From an uncultured Phycisphaerales bacterium (GTDB taxonomy: Bacteria; Planctomycetota; Phycisphaerae; Sedimentisphaerales; Anaerobacaceae), in assembly GCA_963772725.1 (NCBI GenBank), contig CAVYYI010000003.1:384001-448000 (forward strand): DNA of 64,000 nucleotides, written 5' to 3'. Position numbers and translations under genes: made by a program. Positions 31,260 to 41,284 of this stretch are shown here, piece after piece (the stretch's first letter is position 1; each line of letters begins with the position of its first letter). A model generated the notes under the pieces. It was given only the letters and a program-made list of their open reading frames with translations. It had not been told where the DNA came from and searched no databases.

Positions 31260-32555
31260 ATGAGTTTTGAAAAAACCAGGTCGCACTTAAATTGGGAAGT
31301 CGCGTCATTTGTAAAACGCGATTTCAAGCCTTATTTCGGTCAGCGAAAACAATTGTTCAAAACGCACCCCGTATGGCAGCGATTACGGGGCCTCGGCAGC
31401 GAACTGTGGCTCGATACCGGCAGCATTGACGAAAGCAGGCAGCTCTGGACGCAGGAATTTTCCGCACTTACCACGAATAACACGCTGCTCAATAAGGAAG
31501 TCCAGACCGGAAGATATGACGTTCTGATTACTCAGGCCAATGATTTATTGAAGCGTTATCCTTCGCTTTCAGAAAAGCAGCGGATACTCGAATTCGCCTT
31601 TATCATAAACGCCACGCACGCCTTAAAACTTGTGCAAATGTATGACGCTTACATTTCGGTAGAAGAGCACACCGCTCTTGCGGACGATGTATGCTTGGCC
31701 GTTGAATATGCCCGCCGTTACCATGAAATTTGCCCTGAACGGTTTATAATCAAGATTCCGTTTACGCCTGCCGGCCTTTTATCGACGCGGATACTTTCGC
31801 GGCAGGGTATCCCTGTTAATCATACCCTCGGCTTTTCCGCCAGGCAAAATTACCTGATTACGCGAATAAGCAAACCCGCTTACGTTAATGTCTTTCTCGG
31901 CAGACTAAACAGTTTTGTTATTGATAATAAACTTGGCAACGGCAATTACATCGGCGAAAAAGCCACTTTGGCTTCGCAGGCAGCCGTTAAAAACCTACGT
32001 AAGGTTCGCAATATCACCACACGCCAAATAGGCGCAAGTTTCCGCTCAGGAAAACAGATTTCTGATTTGGCGGGAATCGACGTTATGACAATGCCGCCTA
32101 AAGTTGCCACCGAATTTTTGTCCCTGAAAGAATCGCCCGACAAAATAACCGACCACACCTCAACCTATTATTACCCCGCATTTAATCCCGGTGTTGACCC
32201 CGCGTCAGCAGCTATTGACACGCTCTGGAGAATAGATGAGAAACTGATAACCTGTCTCGATGCCCTTGAAAAAGAAGATCTCGATAGTTTTAAGCCCGCT
32301 GACCTTATCAGCTTTTTCAAGACTTATAACTGCAGCGACATTTTATATCAATGGTCGGATTCGCAAATCGCACAGAGTGCCGCAGAAGGCAAGATTCCAA
32401 AACTTGAAAACTGGAAAGACGCCCTGGCTGATGGCACTGTCGGCCTGGATACCCTGATGAATCTGGCGGGCCTGAACAGTTTCGCCACCGACCAAAAGGC
32501 TATGGACGGCCGTGTCCTCGAAGTGCGGAATCTGCATGCCCATTCCGCTGGTTAA
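31260..32555 (+). CDS. Transaldolase-family protein (long, divergent)
   Basis: WLDTG, LTTNNTL, IIKIPFTPAG (Schiff-base Lys), VNHTLGFS, VFLGRL, GASFR, MTMPPKV. Confidence 0.85.
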   Translation: MSFEKTRSHLNWEVASFVKRDFKPYFGQRKQLFKTHPVWQRLRGLGSELWLDTGSIDESRQLWTQEFSALTTNNTLLNKEVQTGRYDVLITQANDLLKRYPSLSEKQRILEFAFIINATHALKLVQMYDAYISVEEHTALADDVCLAVEYARRYHEICPERFIIKIPFTPAGLLSTRILSRQGIPVNHTLGFSARQNYLITRISKPAYVNVFLGRLNSFVIDNKLGNGNYIGEKATLASQAAVKNLRKVRNITTRQIGASFRSGKQISDLAGIDVMTMPPKVATEFLSLKESPDKITDHTSTYYYPAFNPGVDPASAAIDTLWRIDEKLITCLDALEKEDLDSFKPADLISFFKTYNCSDILYQWSDSQIAQSAAEGKIPKLENWKDALADGTVGLDTLMNLAGLNSFATDQKAMDGRVLEVRNLHAHSAG

Positions 32556-32830
32556 GTCATTTGCTGTTGTTTATTAATTTTTGCAAGCCAGTTTTTCAGC
32601 ATCGCAGCGTCGGCGTGGAAATTCTGCGGATTGTTGTCTTTGACAAATTCGAGCATCGCGAAAGAGTCTCTGCCAGTGGAATTAACCTTCTCAAGATACT
32701 TGCTCCAAACGTTCCATCCTTTTTCAAGGGGCAGACGAATATCAGGGCTGCCGTCCCACTGAAAAACGTGCACGTCCCTCAGCCACGGCAGGATATCATA
32801 CCGATTGTATTTAATATTTGCGCTCAACAT
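32552..32830 (-). pseudogene. C-terminal remnant of a sugar-phosphate isomerase/epimerase (xylose isomerase-like TIM barrel)
   Basis: LPWLRDVHVFQW...RLPLEKG...W..Y...AMLEFVKD...DA.ML resembles the end of that family; no room for the N-terminal two thirds. Confidence 0.6.
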
Positions 32831-32910
32831 AAGAAGTCCTGCAAACAGATTTGATTATTTCAGGTTCGAGTACAAATAAACCTTTTAGCATCTTCACCTC
32901 TTATCAATCA

Positions 32911-33909
32911 TCAATCATTAATCGAGCAAATATTATCAATCTGTTGCAGTTCATCAATAGTAAAATCGCCTTTTTTAAGAACCGCTACATTTTCTTCGAT
33001 CTGCTCAACTTTGCTTGTCCCGACAAGAACAGAGGTTACACGTTTATCTTTCAGCACCCACGAAAGCGCCATCTGCGCCAAGCTTTGCCCGCGAGCTTTC
33101 GCCATTTTATTAAGCGCATTGATTTTTTTTAATAAATCCTCTGTAATTTTTTCAGGCTTGAGAAAACTGTAGGGCTTTGCCGCACGCGAATCTTTCGGAA
33201 TCCCTCCAAGATATTTGTCCGTCAAAAGCCCCTGCGCCAGCGGAGAAAAAACGATACACCCGATACCCTCCTTTCCCAGGACATCCAGCAACCCGCCTTC
33301 CACCCAGCGGTCCAACATCGAATATCGCGGCTGATGAATCAAACACGGTGTCCCCAGTTGTTTCAAGAGCGCCGCCGCCCGTGATGTCTGCTCGGCAGAA
33401 TAATTCGATATACCTACATAAAGCGCCTTACCCTGGCGAACAATCAAATCAAGAGCGGTCATCGTTTCTTCCAGCGGCGTTTGCGGGTCAGGCCTATGAG
33501 AATAAAATATATCCACATAATCCAATCCCATCCGTCGCAAAGACTGGTCGAGACTTGCGACAAGATATTTTTTCGACCCCCAGTCGCCATAAGGTCCGGG
33601 CCACATGTAATAGCCTGCCTTTGTTGAGATGAGCATCTCGTCGCGGTGTGCTGTAAAATCCATTTTGAGTATTTCGCCGAAATTCGTTTCCGCCGAACCG
33701 GCAGGTGGGCCATAATTGTTAGCCAAATCGAAATGCGTTATCCCTAAATCGAAAGCCCTGTGAATCATTGCCCGGCAGTTGTCAAAATCATCCACCTCGC
33801 CGAAGTTGTGCCAAAGCCCAAGCGATATCGCAGGCAGCAAAATCCCACTTTTGCCGCAGCGGTTGTATTTCATCGACTCGTATCGCTTTTGTGAAGGTAT
33901 ATATTTCAT
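32911..33909 (-). CDS. mgrA: Aldo-keto reductase, L-glyceraldehyde 3-phosphate reductase type
   Basis: SLGLWHNFG, GITHFDLANNYGPP.GSAE, STKAGYYMWPGPYG, IHQPRYSM. Confidence 0.92.
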   Translation of the reverse strand: MKYIPSQKRYESMKYNRCGKSGILLPAISLGLWHNFGEVDDFDNCRAMIHRAFDLGITHFDLANNYGPPAGSAETNFGEILKMDFTAHRDEMLISTKAGYYMWPGPYGDWGSKKYLVASLDQSLRRMGLDYVDIFYSHRPDPQTPLEETMTALDLIVRQGKALYVGISNYSAEQTSRAAALLKQLGTPCLIHQPRYSMLDRWVEGGLLDVLGKEGIGCIVFSPLAQGLLTDKYLGGIPKDSRAAKPYSFLKPEKITEDLLKKINALNKMAKARGQSLAQMALSWVLKDKRVTSVLVGTSKVEQIEENVAVLKKGDFTIDELQQIDNICSIND

Positions 33910-33969
33910 ATCCACCGAATCTCTTTCCCGCCTCAAACATTAAGTCGAATTTAGCAGAAAATGCGATTT

Positions 33970-35834
33970 TTAACAAGCGGCAGTTTTTCTTCCGGAACGC
34001 TTGCGGTCATTTTCATTCAGCAACCGTTTGCGGAGCCGTATCGAGTTCGGACAAATCTCTACCAGTTCATCTTCCTGAATGTATTCAAGGCACATTTCAA
34101 GGCTCATTATCCTCGCGGGCCTTATTTTCGCGGCGTCATCTTTGCCCGCTGCCCGCATATTTGTCAACTGCTTAGCTTTAACGACATTGACAGGTATATC
34201 CTTTTCCTTACAGTGTTCCCCGACAATCTGCCCCTGATAAACCTTGTCGCCGGGCTTAACAAAAAATATGCCCCTGTCATAAAGCGAATCCAGAGCATAA
34301 GCCGTTACCTGGCCGGTGTTGGTCGCAATCATAACGCCCGCCAGACGTTTCGGTATCGAACCGCGCATCGGTTCGTATTTTTCAAATGTATGATGCATCA
34401 CTGCCCTTCCCTGGGTAGCGTTTAGCATTCGGGCGTGAAGACCGAACAGACCACGAGAAGGAACGGAAAATTCCATATGAACAAAGCCGCTGGCTCCTGT
34501 CTTAGCATCCATCTTAACCATTTCGCTTCGCCTGTCGCCAAGAAGACTGATTACCGAACTCTGACACTCAACCGGGCAATCCACGACAAGCATTTCTATC
34601 GGCTCATTAACCACACCGTCAATCTCTTTAAGAATGACGTTAGGCTTGCCCACGCAAAGCTCATAACCTTCCCGCCGCATATTCTCCAGCAGGATTCCAA
34701 GATGCATTAAGCCGCGCCCCGAAACCATGAACTCCTCGGGCGTTTCACCCTGTTCAACTCGAAGCGCAACATTATGTTCAAGCTCTTTTTCCAGCCGTTC
34801 CCCTATATGACGGCTTGTTATCATTTTTCCGTCCATACCTGCAAAAGGCCCATCATTAATACGAAACGTCATATTCATCGTTGGTTCATCAACCGCGATT
34901 ACCGGCAGCGCCTCCGGATTCTCTGCACAGGCGATTGTGTCGCCTATATCCACAGACTCCAACCCGCTTATCGCACATATATCGCCCGCCTCAACAGATT
35001 CCACCTGCTTTCTGCCCAATCCATAGAACTGGTGTATCTGCAGAATTTTCTGCATGGTGTGCTTACCCTGCTTGTCGATAACCGTTACCGCCTCGCCTTG
35101 CCGCACCTGACCTGCGAAAACTCTACCTATTGCTATCCTGCCGACATAATCAGAATATTCCAGCGTTGTTACAAGCATCTGCAAAGGCTCATCAGGCGAT
35201 CCCGTCGGTGCCGGAATCTTGTTTATTATCGCGTCGAAAATCGGCAGCACATTATTACTCTTCTTTTTCAGATTCTTTGTCGCCCAGCCTTCTTTCGCCG
35301 ATGCGTAAATTATCGGGAAATCCAGCGTATGGTCATCGGCGCCAAGCTGAACAAGCAAATCGAAAACCTCATTAACTACGTCATCAGGACGTGAATTCGC
35401 CCGGTCAACCTTATTAACCACCACTATCACCCGAAGCTTATTTTCCAGCGCTTACCCAGAACAAAACGCGTCTGAGGCATAGGCCCGTCAAATGCGTCCA
35501 CAAGAAGCAGCACACCATCGGCCATTTTCAGCACGCGCTCAACCTCACCGCCAAAATCCGCGTGGCCAGGAGTATCAATGATATTGATTTTATAAGTCTC
35601 GCCTGTTTTAGGGTCCGTATATTGAACTGCGCAGTTCTTGCTCAATATGGTAATACCTCGTTCCCGCTCTATAGGGTTCGAGTCCATAATCAGATCGCCC
35701 GCTCCGGTCACAAGCTTATCGAGTTCCTCATTGCGGAACATCCCCGATTGATAAAGCAGCCGGTCAACCAGCGTAGTCTTACCATGGTCAACATGAGCAA
35801 TTATAGCAACATTGCGAATATGTTTTATATCCAT
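33970..35834 (-). CDS. typA: Translational GTPase TypA/BipA (frameshift near 35450)
   Basis: [65 protein letters not shown]. Confidence 0.96.
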
Positions 35835-35959
35835 AATAGAATCTCAACTTAAGTAAATACAGGGCAAAGGTATGATTACCTCTAATATGCCAATATGGCA
35901 TTTTACCATTTCCCCGCGAAAAGTCAACATAAAAACGCCTTTTTAAAATGCCGCCAAAG

Positions 35960-37225
35960 CTAACTCTTCGGATTCATAATTCTGCCGAAAAATAAAATAA
36001 CCCCCGTATTGTTATCGCGAATCAAAAATACAAACGGCCGGTCAGCCTTGAAAACCGGTATTTTCATCCCTATTGATGTAGCTCCAACCATTATCCCTGT
36101 TGCCGCCGCCTCAGTGCCTTGTTCGTTCACCTCAACAAAAGCCTTGTGAATGACAGCCGAAATAAAAAGGTCTCTTTTGCCGTCCATTCCTGAAAAGTCA
36201 GCCTTATCTGTAAACGCCTCCATCATCCCCATTGATTTAAGCGTGTCAGCCAATCCAAACTGGCTGGTCGTCTTGAATTTTGGCATAGAAACAATGACTT
36301 TCTGCTTCCGCATCTCTGCCGACCATTTTGCGAAGTTTTGCTGCGTAAGATTTTTTTCAAGTTCGCCTACACCGTCAGTTTTTTGGGGAAGCAATATGAA
36401 CATCGACAATTCATTATCCACGTACGGCATTTCAAGAATCTGAAAATCTTCTTTTTCCGCATATCCGAATTCAGCCGTCTTATTCATCATAGGAACACCG
36501 ACATTTTTATCGTCAGTCAAATTAAACGGAGCATCTGCCGTGCTGTCCTTCTCAAACTGCCTTGCCCAGTTCCCTTTGAAATAAACCGCATTAGTGATAA
36601 CAAGCCTTGTCATAGGCGTCAGTGACCCCCTTGCGATAAGGTCTTTTATCTTGTCTTTAGTCTGCTTTTCCACCCAAGCATTTATGGTGTTTCTCGCAGA
36701 TTCAGTCTCTTGAATAAAATCCACTTGATTTAGATTTCCTTCGTAGTCGGTTTTTATAAGCTCAATATACTCTTTTAGAAATTCGTATCCTTTCTGTCCC
36801 CACAATGCGTTGGCCGTAATCAGCTCGTATTTTCCTTTTTGGCCGCCCGTGTTGATGGATTTTATTATTTCTCCGAATGCACTGTGAAATTGCGTTCCAG
36901 TTTCAAAGTGCATCGCCTTTGCCATCTCAATGTTCGTTTGTCCTCTAGCGCCGGCGTACGCCATTGCCATCGCCGTTGAAATACTGTAAGGCGAAAAGAA
37001 AAGATTTCCCTTCTCTGCCCGCAGTTTGCCATAAAGGTCAAAAGCAAACTCGTTATTACACAAATTCAGACTGGCAATAAGAGCCTTATTTTGTTTTTCA
37101 AATGCAAGTTCTTTAATGCTTTCTACGATGTTCTGTTTTTCTGCCCCATTTTCATTTGCCGCTCCACAACCGATCGTTATCCCCACCGCAATTACAATCG
37201 CTAATATGTGTTTAATGCTTTTCAT
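35960..37225 (-). CDS. Serpin-family protease inhibitor, probable lipoprotein
   Basis: Lipobox-like ITIGC, NLFFSPYSI, NAVYFKGNW, VNEQGTEAAA hinge, FKADRPF, ILFFGRIMNP. Confidence 0.93.
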   Translation of the reverse strand: MKSIKHILAIVIAVGITIGCGAANENGAEKQNIVESIKELAFEKQNKALIASLNLCNNEFAFDLYGKLRAEKGNLFFSPYSISTAMAMAYAGARGQTNIEMAKAMHFETGTQFHSAFGEIIKSINTGGQKGKYELITANALWGQKGYEFLKEYIELIKTDYEGNLNQVDFIQETESARNTINAWVEKQTKDKIKDLIARGSLTPMTRLVITNAVYFKGNWARQFEKDSTADAPFNLTDDKNVGVPMMNKTAEFGYAEKEDFQILEMPYVDNELSMFILLPQKTDGVGELEKNLTQQNFAKWSAEMRKQKVIVSMPKFKTTSQFGLADTLKSMGMMEAFTDKADFSGMDGKRDLFISAVIHKAFVEVNEQGTEAAATGIMVGATSIGMKIPVFKADRPFVFLIRDNNTGVILFFGRIMNPKS

Positions 37226-37349
37226 AATATGCCCCCTTTTCTATAAAACTTAACCATTCACCGTTGATATTATTATATATTATGTTCGTTTGATTGTGTA
37301 CACAATTCTCGCATTTCGGCTATTGATGAAATGCGATTAAAACGATAGA

Positions 37350-37541
37350 ATGTTGCTCATAAGTTCCGGGAAAAAACCGAATAAAAAGCCGCTGCCTGCC
37401 GTTGTTTATCAAACCACGGCAAAATTAGATGAAGCGATTAACCATTTTCGCCAGGCTCTCCAGATTGACCCGAATTATTCCAAAGCACGTGACAACCTGA
37501 ATAAGGTTCTTATGATACAGAAAACAAATGGCAGGTATTGA
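37350..37541 (+). pseudogene. Single-TPR remnant
   Basis: KLDEAINHFRQALQIDPNYSKARDNL resembles the last TPR of the 48756-50975 protein; no plausible upstream body. Confidence 0.5.
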
Positions 37542-37567
37542 CATAGACCTGGCCAAAGCGGTATAAT
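37538..37567 (+). promoter_or_regulatory. Sigma70-type promoter
   Basis: TTGACA (37538-37543), 18-bp spacer, TATAAT (37562-37567), upstream of the 37613 ORF. Confidence 0.7.
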
Positions 37568-37612
37568 ATATTTTAGATGAATGAGAGGACTATTTTTTAG
37601 AAAGGGGCAGCT

Positions 37613-38581
37613 ATGGATTTCGGAACGGAAAGTCGGTTCAAGTTGCAGGCAATTATTATTGTCCTCGTTGTGGCCGCGGTGGGAGCGATGGCGATGTTTA
37701 CGGATATCTTTCAGGGTTCTTCCGGCGACATATCCCAGGTCGTTCTCGTGCTTGCGATTGCGATTCTGTTAATTATCGGCCTGGTAATTCTGTCGGTGGT
37801 ATCGAAAATCTTCGAGGTTATCCGCAGAAGCAACGAGCAGGTCGCCAACACCGAAGGCATGCTCGAAAAAATTCTCTCCGCTTTGACACAGCTCAGCCAG
37901 AGCTCACGCCTTAGCGACTTTACAAAAACCATCGCGTTCCATGATTCAGAAAAGCAGTCTTTTCGTGATGCCGTTTTCGATAAGCTTCAGCAGCAGGATT
38001 TCGAAGGCGCAGCCGAATTAGTTGACGAAATCTCTCGCTCCGCTTCACATCATAAAATCGCCGAGCAGCTAAAGGCCGAAGTCATCAAATATCGCAATGC
38101 CACCGTACAGGAACGAATTAATCAGGTTATCGCGCACATTGAGAAACTTCTCGACAATTTCCAGTGGGCACAAGCCAGCGCTTTGATTGAAAGATTGATA
38201 AAAGGCGCCCCCGCTTCAGAGGATGCGCAAAAAATGCGGCAGAAGTTAGTCGATAAAAAAGGAGAAAGAAAGAAATCATTACTTGCCGCCTGGGATGACG
38301 CTGTAAAACACGAGGACACCGACCAAAGTATTGAGATTCTTAAGGAACTCGATTTGTATCTGACTCCTAACGAAGGTTTAGCGTTACAGGAAGCGGCCAG
38401 AGATGTTTTCAGAAATAAGCTCCACAGTCTCGGCGTCCAGTTCGCCCTGTCCGTTACCGCAAAACAGTGGCAAAAGGCATTCGAGACAGGTCAGCAGATT
38501 ATACATGATTTCCCAAACAGCAGAATGGCCGCCGAAATTCGCGAAAGAATGTTCATCCTGAAACAAAAGGCTGGAAAATAA
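37613..38581 (+). CDS. Conserved hypothetical protein (2 N-terminal TM + helical domain)
   Basis: 322 aa, RBS AAGGGG; ILKELDLYLTP.E...L.E.AR.VF and FPNSRMA.EIR motifs. Confidence 0.8.
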   Translation: MDFGTESRFKLQAIIIVLVVAAVGAMAMFTDIFQGSSGDISQVVLVLAIAILLIIGLVILSVVSKIFEVIRRSNEQVANTEGMLEKILSALTQLSQSSRLSDFTKTIAFHDSEKQSFRDAVFDKLQQQDFEGAAELVDEISRSASHHKIAEQLKAEVIKYRNATVQERINQVIAHIEKLLDNFQWAQASALIERLIKGAPASEDAQKMRQKLVDKKGERKKSLLAAWDDAVKHEDTDQSIEILKELDLYLTPNEGLALQEAARDVFRNKLHSLGVQFALSVTAKQWQKAFETGQQIIHDFPNSRMAAEIRERMFILKQKAGK

Positions 38582-38585
38582 AAAC

Positions 38586-38613
38586 CGCTTCACGCTTCAC
38601 GAACGACTCTTCA
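38586..38613. repeat. Degenerate heptamer tandem array (4 copies)
   Basis: CGCTTCA CGCTTCA CGAACGA CTCTTCA. Confidence 0.65.
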
Positions 38614-38648
38614 CATTTTGTCACCGCCTTCTCCGCGGCGAAAAAAAA

Positions 38649-39194
38649 TTAATGCAGGTCGAAGAGGGACTGTGTTTTTATCATCGTTACCTGGTCGGGG
38701 TAAGCCGCGAATGAATGAATGTGCAACTCGTTCTGCCTGGCCTCAAAATCGATATAGCAGAAAGGCTGAAGCCCACCCGCCTCCTGTTCCGGAAACTTCA
38801 CAAATACCCCGCGATTTCTCGCGAAACGCTCAAGGTCGGTATGAGTCTGACGGTACAAACTCGGACTTAGCTTTTCAATCTGAAAATCGGTCATATAGCT
38901 AAGACCTCTTGTCAGTGTGCATTTGTGAGAATGCGGTCCGCGAAATTGGAATCGCTCAATCAAACCACGCTGCGGCAGCATCTGCCCCGGTGCGCTTACA
39001 ACCTCGCTCAAACACACGTTGCCGGAAAAAACGCTGACTACATGCGTGCAGCCGGTAACCCATATAATCGCTTCGTATTTTTCCGTTTGCAGACGCTTTT
39101 CCGAATAAAGCTGGAAAAGCTCGGGATGCAAAGGTCTCTGGAAAAGACTGAATGTCAGTTCTTCGACTGCTATATGCGTTTGCGGCGATTCCAT
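38649..39194 (-). CDS. DUF2617-family protein
   Basis: LFQRPLHPELF N-terminus and AYPDQVTMIKTQSLF C-terminus. Confidence 0.75.
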   Translation of the reverse strand: MESPQTHIAVEELTFSLFQRPLHPELFQLYSEKRLQTEKYEAIIWVTGCTHVVSVFSGNVCLSEVVSAPGQMLPQRGLIERFQFRGPHSHKCTLTRGLSYMTDFQIEKLSPSLYRQTHTDLERFARNRGVFVKFPEQEAGGLQPFCYIDFEARQNELHIHSFAAYPDQVTMIKTQSLFDLH

Positions 39195-39406
39195 TTATTT
39201 GTCCCCGAACTATAACTTTAAATATTTAACTTAGTGAACGTATTATACAACAAATTGGCAGGCTTTTTCAAGTGCAATATCAGTACTGATAATGCGGTTT
39301 TGACGCCTTATAGGACGATTATTTCGCAACCTGAGAAAATCAAACGACTAATGGCTGACAAATTTTTCAAAAAAAATTGAAATATTTTTTCGATATGTGT
39401 ATTTTT

Positions 39407-40324
39407 TTATTGCTCAAAGAAAAAGCCGTTAATCAAAACGGCTATAATATCATAAAACGCGTGGGTGCCCGCCGTAATGCCGAAACCTCGAATCGCGTAA
39501 AGCCCCGCAAAATAAACCCCTGCCATCGTTCTGAATCCGAACGCAGTCCAGTTAAAAGGAATGCTCTGCCCGATATAGCCGTGCGTCAATACAATATGAT
39601 GATGTGCGCTGAATAAAGCCGCCGAAACAAATACGGAAAGTATAATCGACAGCTTCTGTTCAAGTTTCAAAATATCCTGAAACAGCAGCATTAACACACA
39701 AATTAAAATTAATCTGAATACCAGTTCCTCATAAATTCCAGCCCCGATTCCTGTAACAATGCTTGCCATCATATTTTGATTGTCGAAATTCCCACCAGCC
39801 CCCGCCGCTGGCTCACCATAACCATTAGCGATAGAACACGTTATTGCCGGACCCGCGCGTACAAGAGTTTCGCTTACAGCGGACTGCCGGTTAGATGTAT
39901 CAACAGGAGAACTGCTCAGAAAAAGACTGAACACTATCAGCGGTATCGCCAGCACCGCGCATTCCACTATCATCGGCACAACATCACCAAACCAGAAATA
40001 CCACTTCGTTCCCGAAGCTATCTGAAACGCCAGCAGTATCACTATCACCGCCAGCGGCGGCGCTATCCACGCGAACTTGCTGGCAAAACCCAGATACTCA
40101 AGAAAATCCTGCAGCCACACGAACGCTACCACGCGCACCTGCGATTGATTCAATATGTCCGTGTTGATAAAAATCGTGCCGAGTTCGTAAAAAATTATAA
40201 ATGGCACAAGGAAAACTATCGCGTAAATAGGCCGGCTCGTTCGCTCAAGATAAGAATCCCTGGCGAAATTGAACAATTGATTTGTGCCGTAATTATATTT
40301 TTTCTTCATCAAACTCTTTGTCAT
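39407..40324 (-). CDS. CPBP (Abi/CAAX)-family intramembrane metalloprotease; start may be the downstream ATG at 40309
   Basis: GAGIYEELVFR, FSAHHH, RGFGITAGTHAFYD. Confidence 0.88.
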   Translation of the reverse strand: MTKSLMKKKYNYGTNQLFNFARDSYLERTSRPIYAIVFLVPFIIFYELGTIFINTDILNQSQVRVVAFVWLQDFLEYLGFASKFAWIAPPLAVIVILLAFQIASGTKWYFWFGDVVPMIVECAVLAIPLIVFSLFLSSSPVDTSNRQSAVSETLVRAGPAITCSIANGYGEPAAGAGGNFDNQNMMASIVTGIGAGIYEELVFRLILICVLMLLFQDILKLEQKLSIILSVFVSAALFSAHHHIVLTHGYIGQSIPFNWTAFGFRTMAGVYFAGLYAIRGFGITAGTHAFYDIIAVLINGFFFEQ

Positions 40325-40344
40325 TCCCGCAAAGCGAGAATCCA
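40319..40344. repeat. REP-like palindrome TGTCATTCCCGCAAAGCGAGAATCCA (copy 2)
   Basis: Differs from 12104-12130 by one deletion and one substitution. Confidence 0.75.
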
Positions 40345-40495
40345 GTTTTTTATTCTGCGTCCTGAGTTCTTTGTTCTTAATTCTCTCTTATCCCATTTTT
40401 TTCTTTACATCTAAATCGCTCCAAAGTTTACTTTAAGCGGATTGAAATTACAATAACCAAAAACGATATGATTTTTGAAAACCGGAAAGATAGAA

Positions 40496-41161
40496 ATGAC
40501 AGGCGCAAAACTTACTGAAATTTATAATCTGCTCTATGAACGCTTCGGCCCGCAGCACTGGTGGCCGGGTGAAACGCAATTCGAAATAATCACCGGCGCG
40601 ATTCTCACCCAGAACACCAATTGGCCAAACGTCGAAAAGGCGATTATCAACCTCAAAAACACGGACTCACTCACACCAGAAAAATTTTACAAAATGGATA
40701 TCTCCGAACTGGCCGGCCTAATCAGACCCGCAGGTTATTACAACATAAAGGCCAAAAGACTCAAAAACTTCATCAACTGGCTTTTTAAAAACTATTCCGG
40801 AAATCTCGCTGAAGTCGAAAAACTCAGCACCGAAAGATTAAGAGAACAGCTTCTATCAATTACCGGTATCGGGCCGGAAACGGCTGATTCTATGCTGCTT
40901 TATGCCTTTAACAGGTGTGTTTTCGTGGTTGATGCCTATACCGCCCGCATTATTACCCGTCACAGGCTGATAGCCCCCGGCGCCGAATACGAAGAGTTCA
41001 AATATCTCTTCGAATCAAACCTGCCGCGGGATACCACCCTGTTTAATGAATATCACGCCCTATTAGTAAGATTAGGCAAGGAATTCTGCAAAACCAAAGC
41101 CAGATGTGCCAGCTGCCCGCTTGAAAAATTGCCGCACTCCCTCGATATTGAACTTTTCTGA
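40496..41161 (+). CDS. Endonuclease III-related HhH-GPD glycosylase with 4Fe-4S motif
   Basis: WWPGET.FE...GAILTQNTNW.NV, GIGPETADS, VVDAY, C-terminal CKTKARCASCPL. Confidence 0.9.
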   Translation: MTGAKLTEIYNLLYERFGPQHWWPGETQFEIITGAILTQNTNWPNVEKAIINLKNTDSLTPEKFYKMDISELAGLIRPAGYYNIKAKRLKNFINWLFKNYSGNLAEVEKLSTERLREQLLSITGIGPETADSMLLYAFNRCVFVVDAYTARIITRHRLIAPGAEYEEFKYLFESNLPRDTTLFNEYHALLVRLGKEFCKTKARCASCPLEKLPHSLDIELF

Positions 41162-41187
41162 ACCTTCCCGCATCGTTTAGCCGCCAG

Positions 41188-41284
41188 GCTGCTACATTTG
41201 CTCACGAACATGGATAATACATCTGTACTGTCACCATATCAGTATAGCGAGTGAAAATCGGTTCCTGTTCGTAGGTGAAGCGGC
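41188..41284 (+). ncRNA. Candidate rod-shaped structured element (sRNA or MITE remnant)
   Basis: Stems GCTGCT/AGCGGC, CATTT/AGGTG, ACGAACA/TGTTCGT, CTGTACTG/CAGTATAG around a central bubble. Confidence 0.35.
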
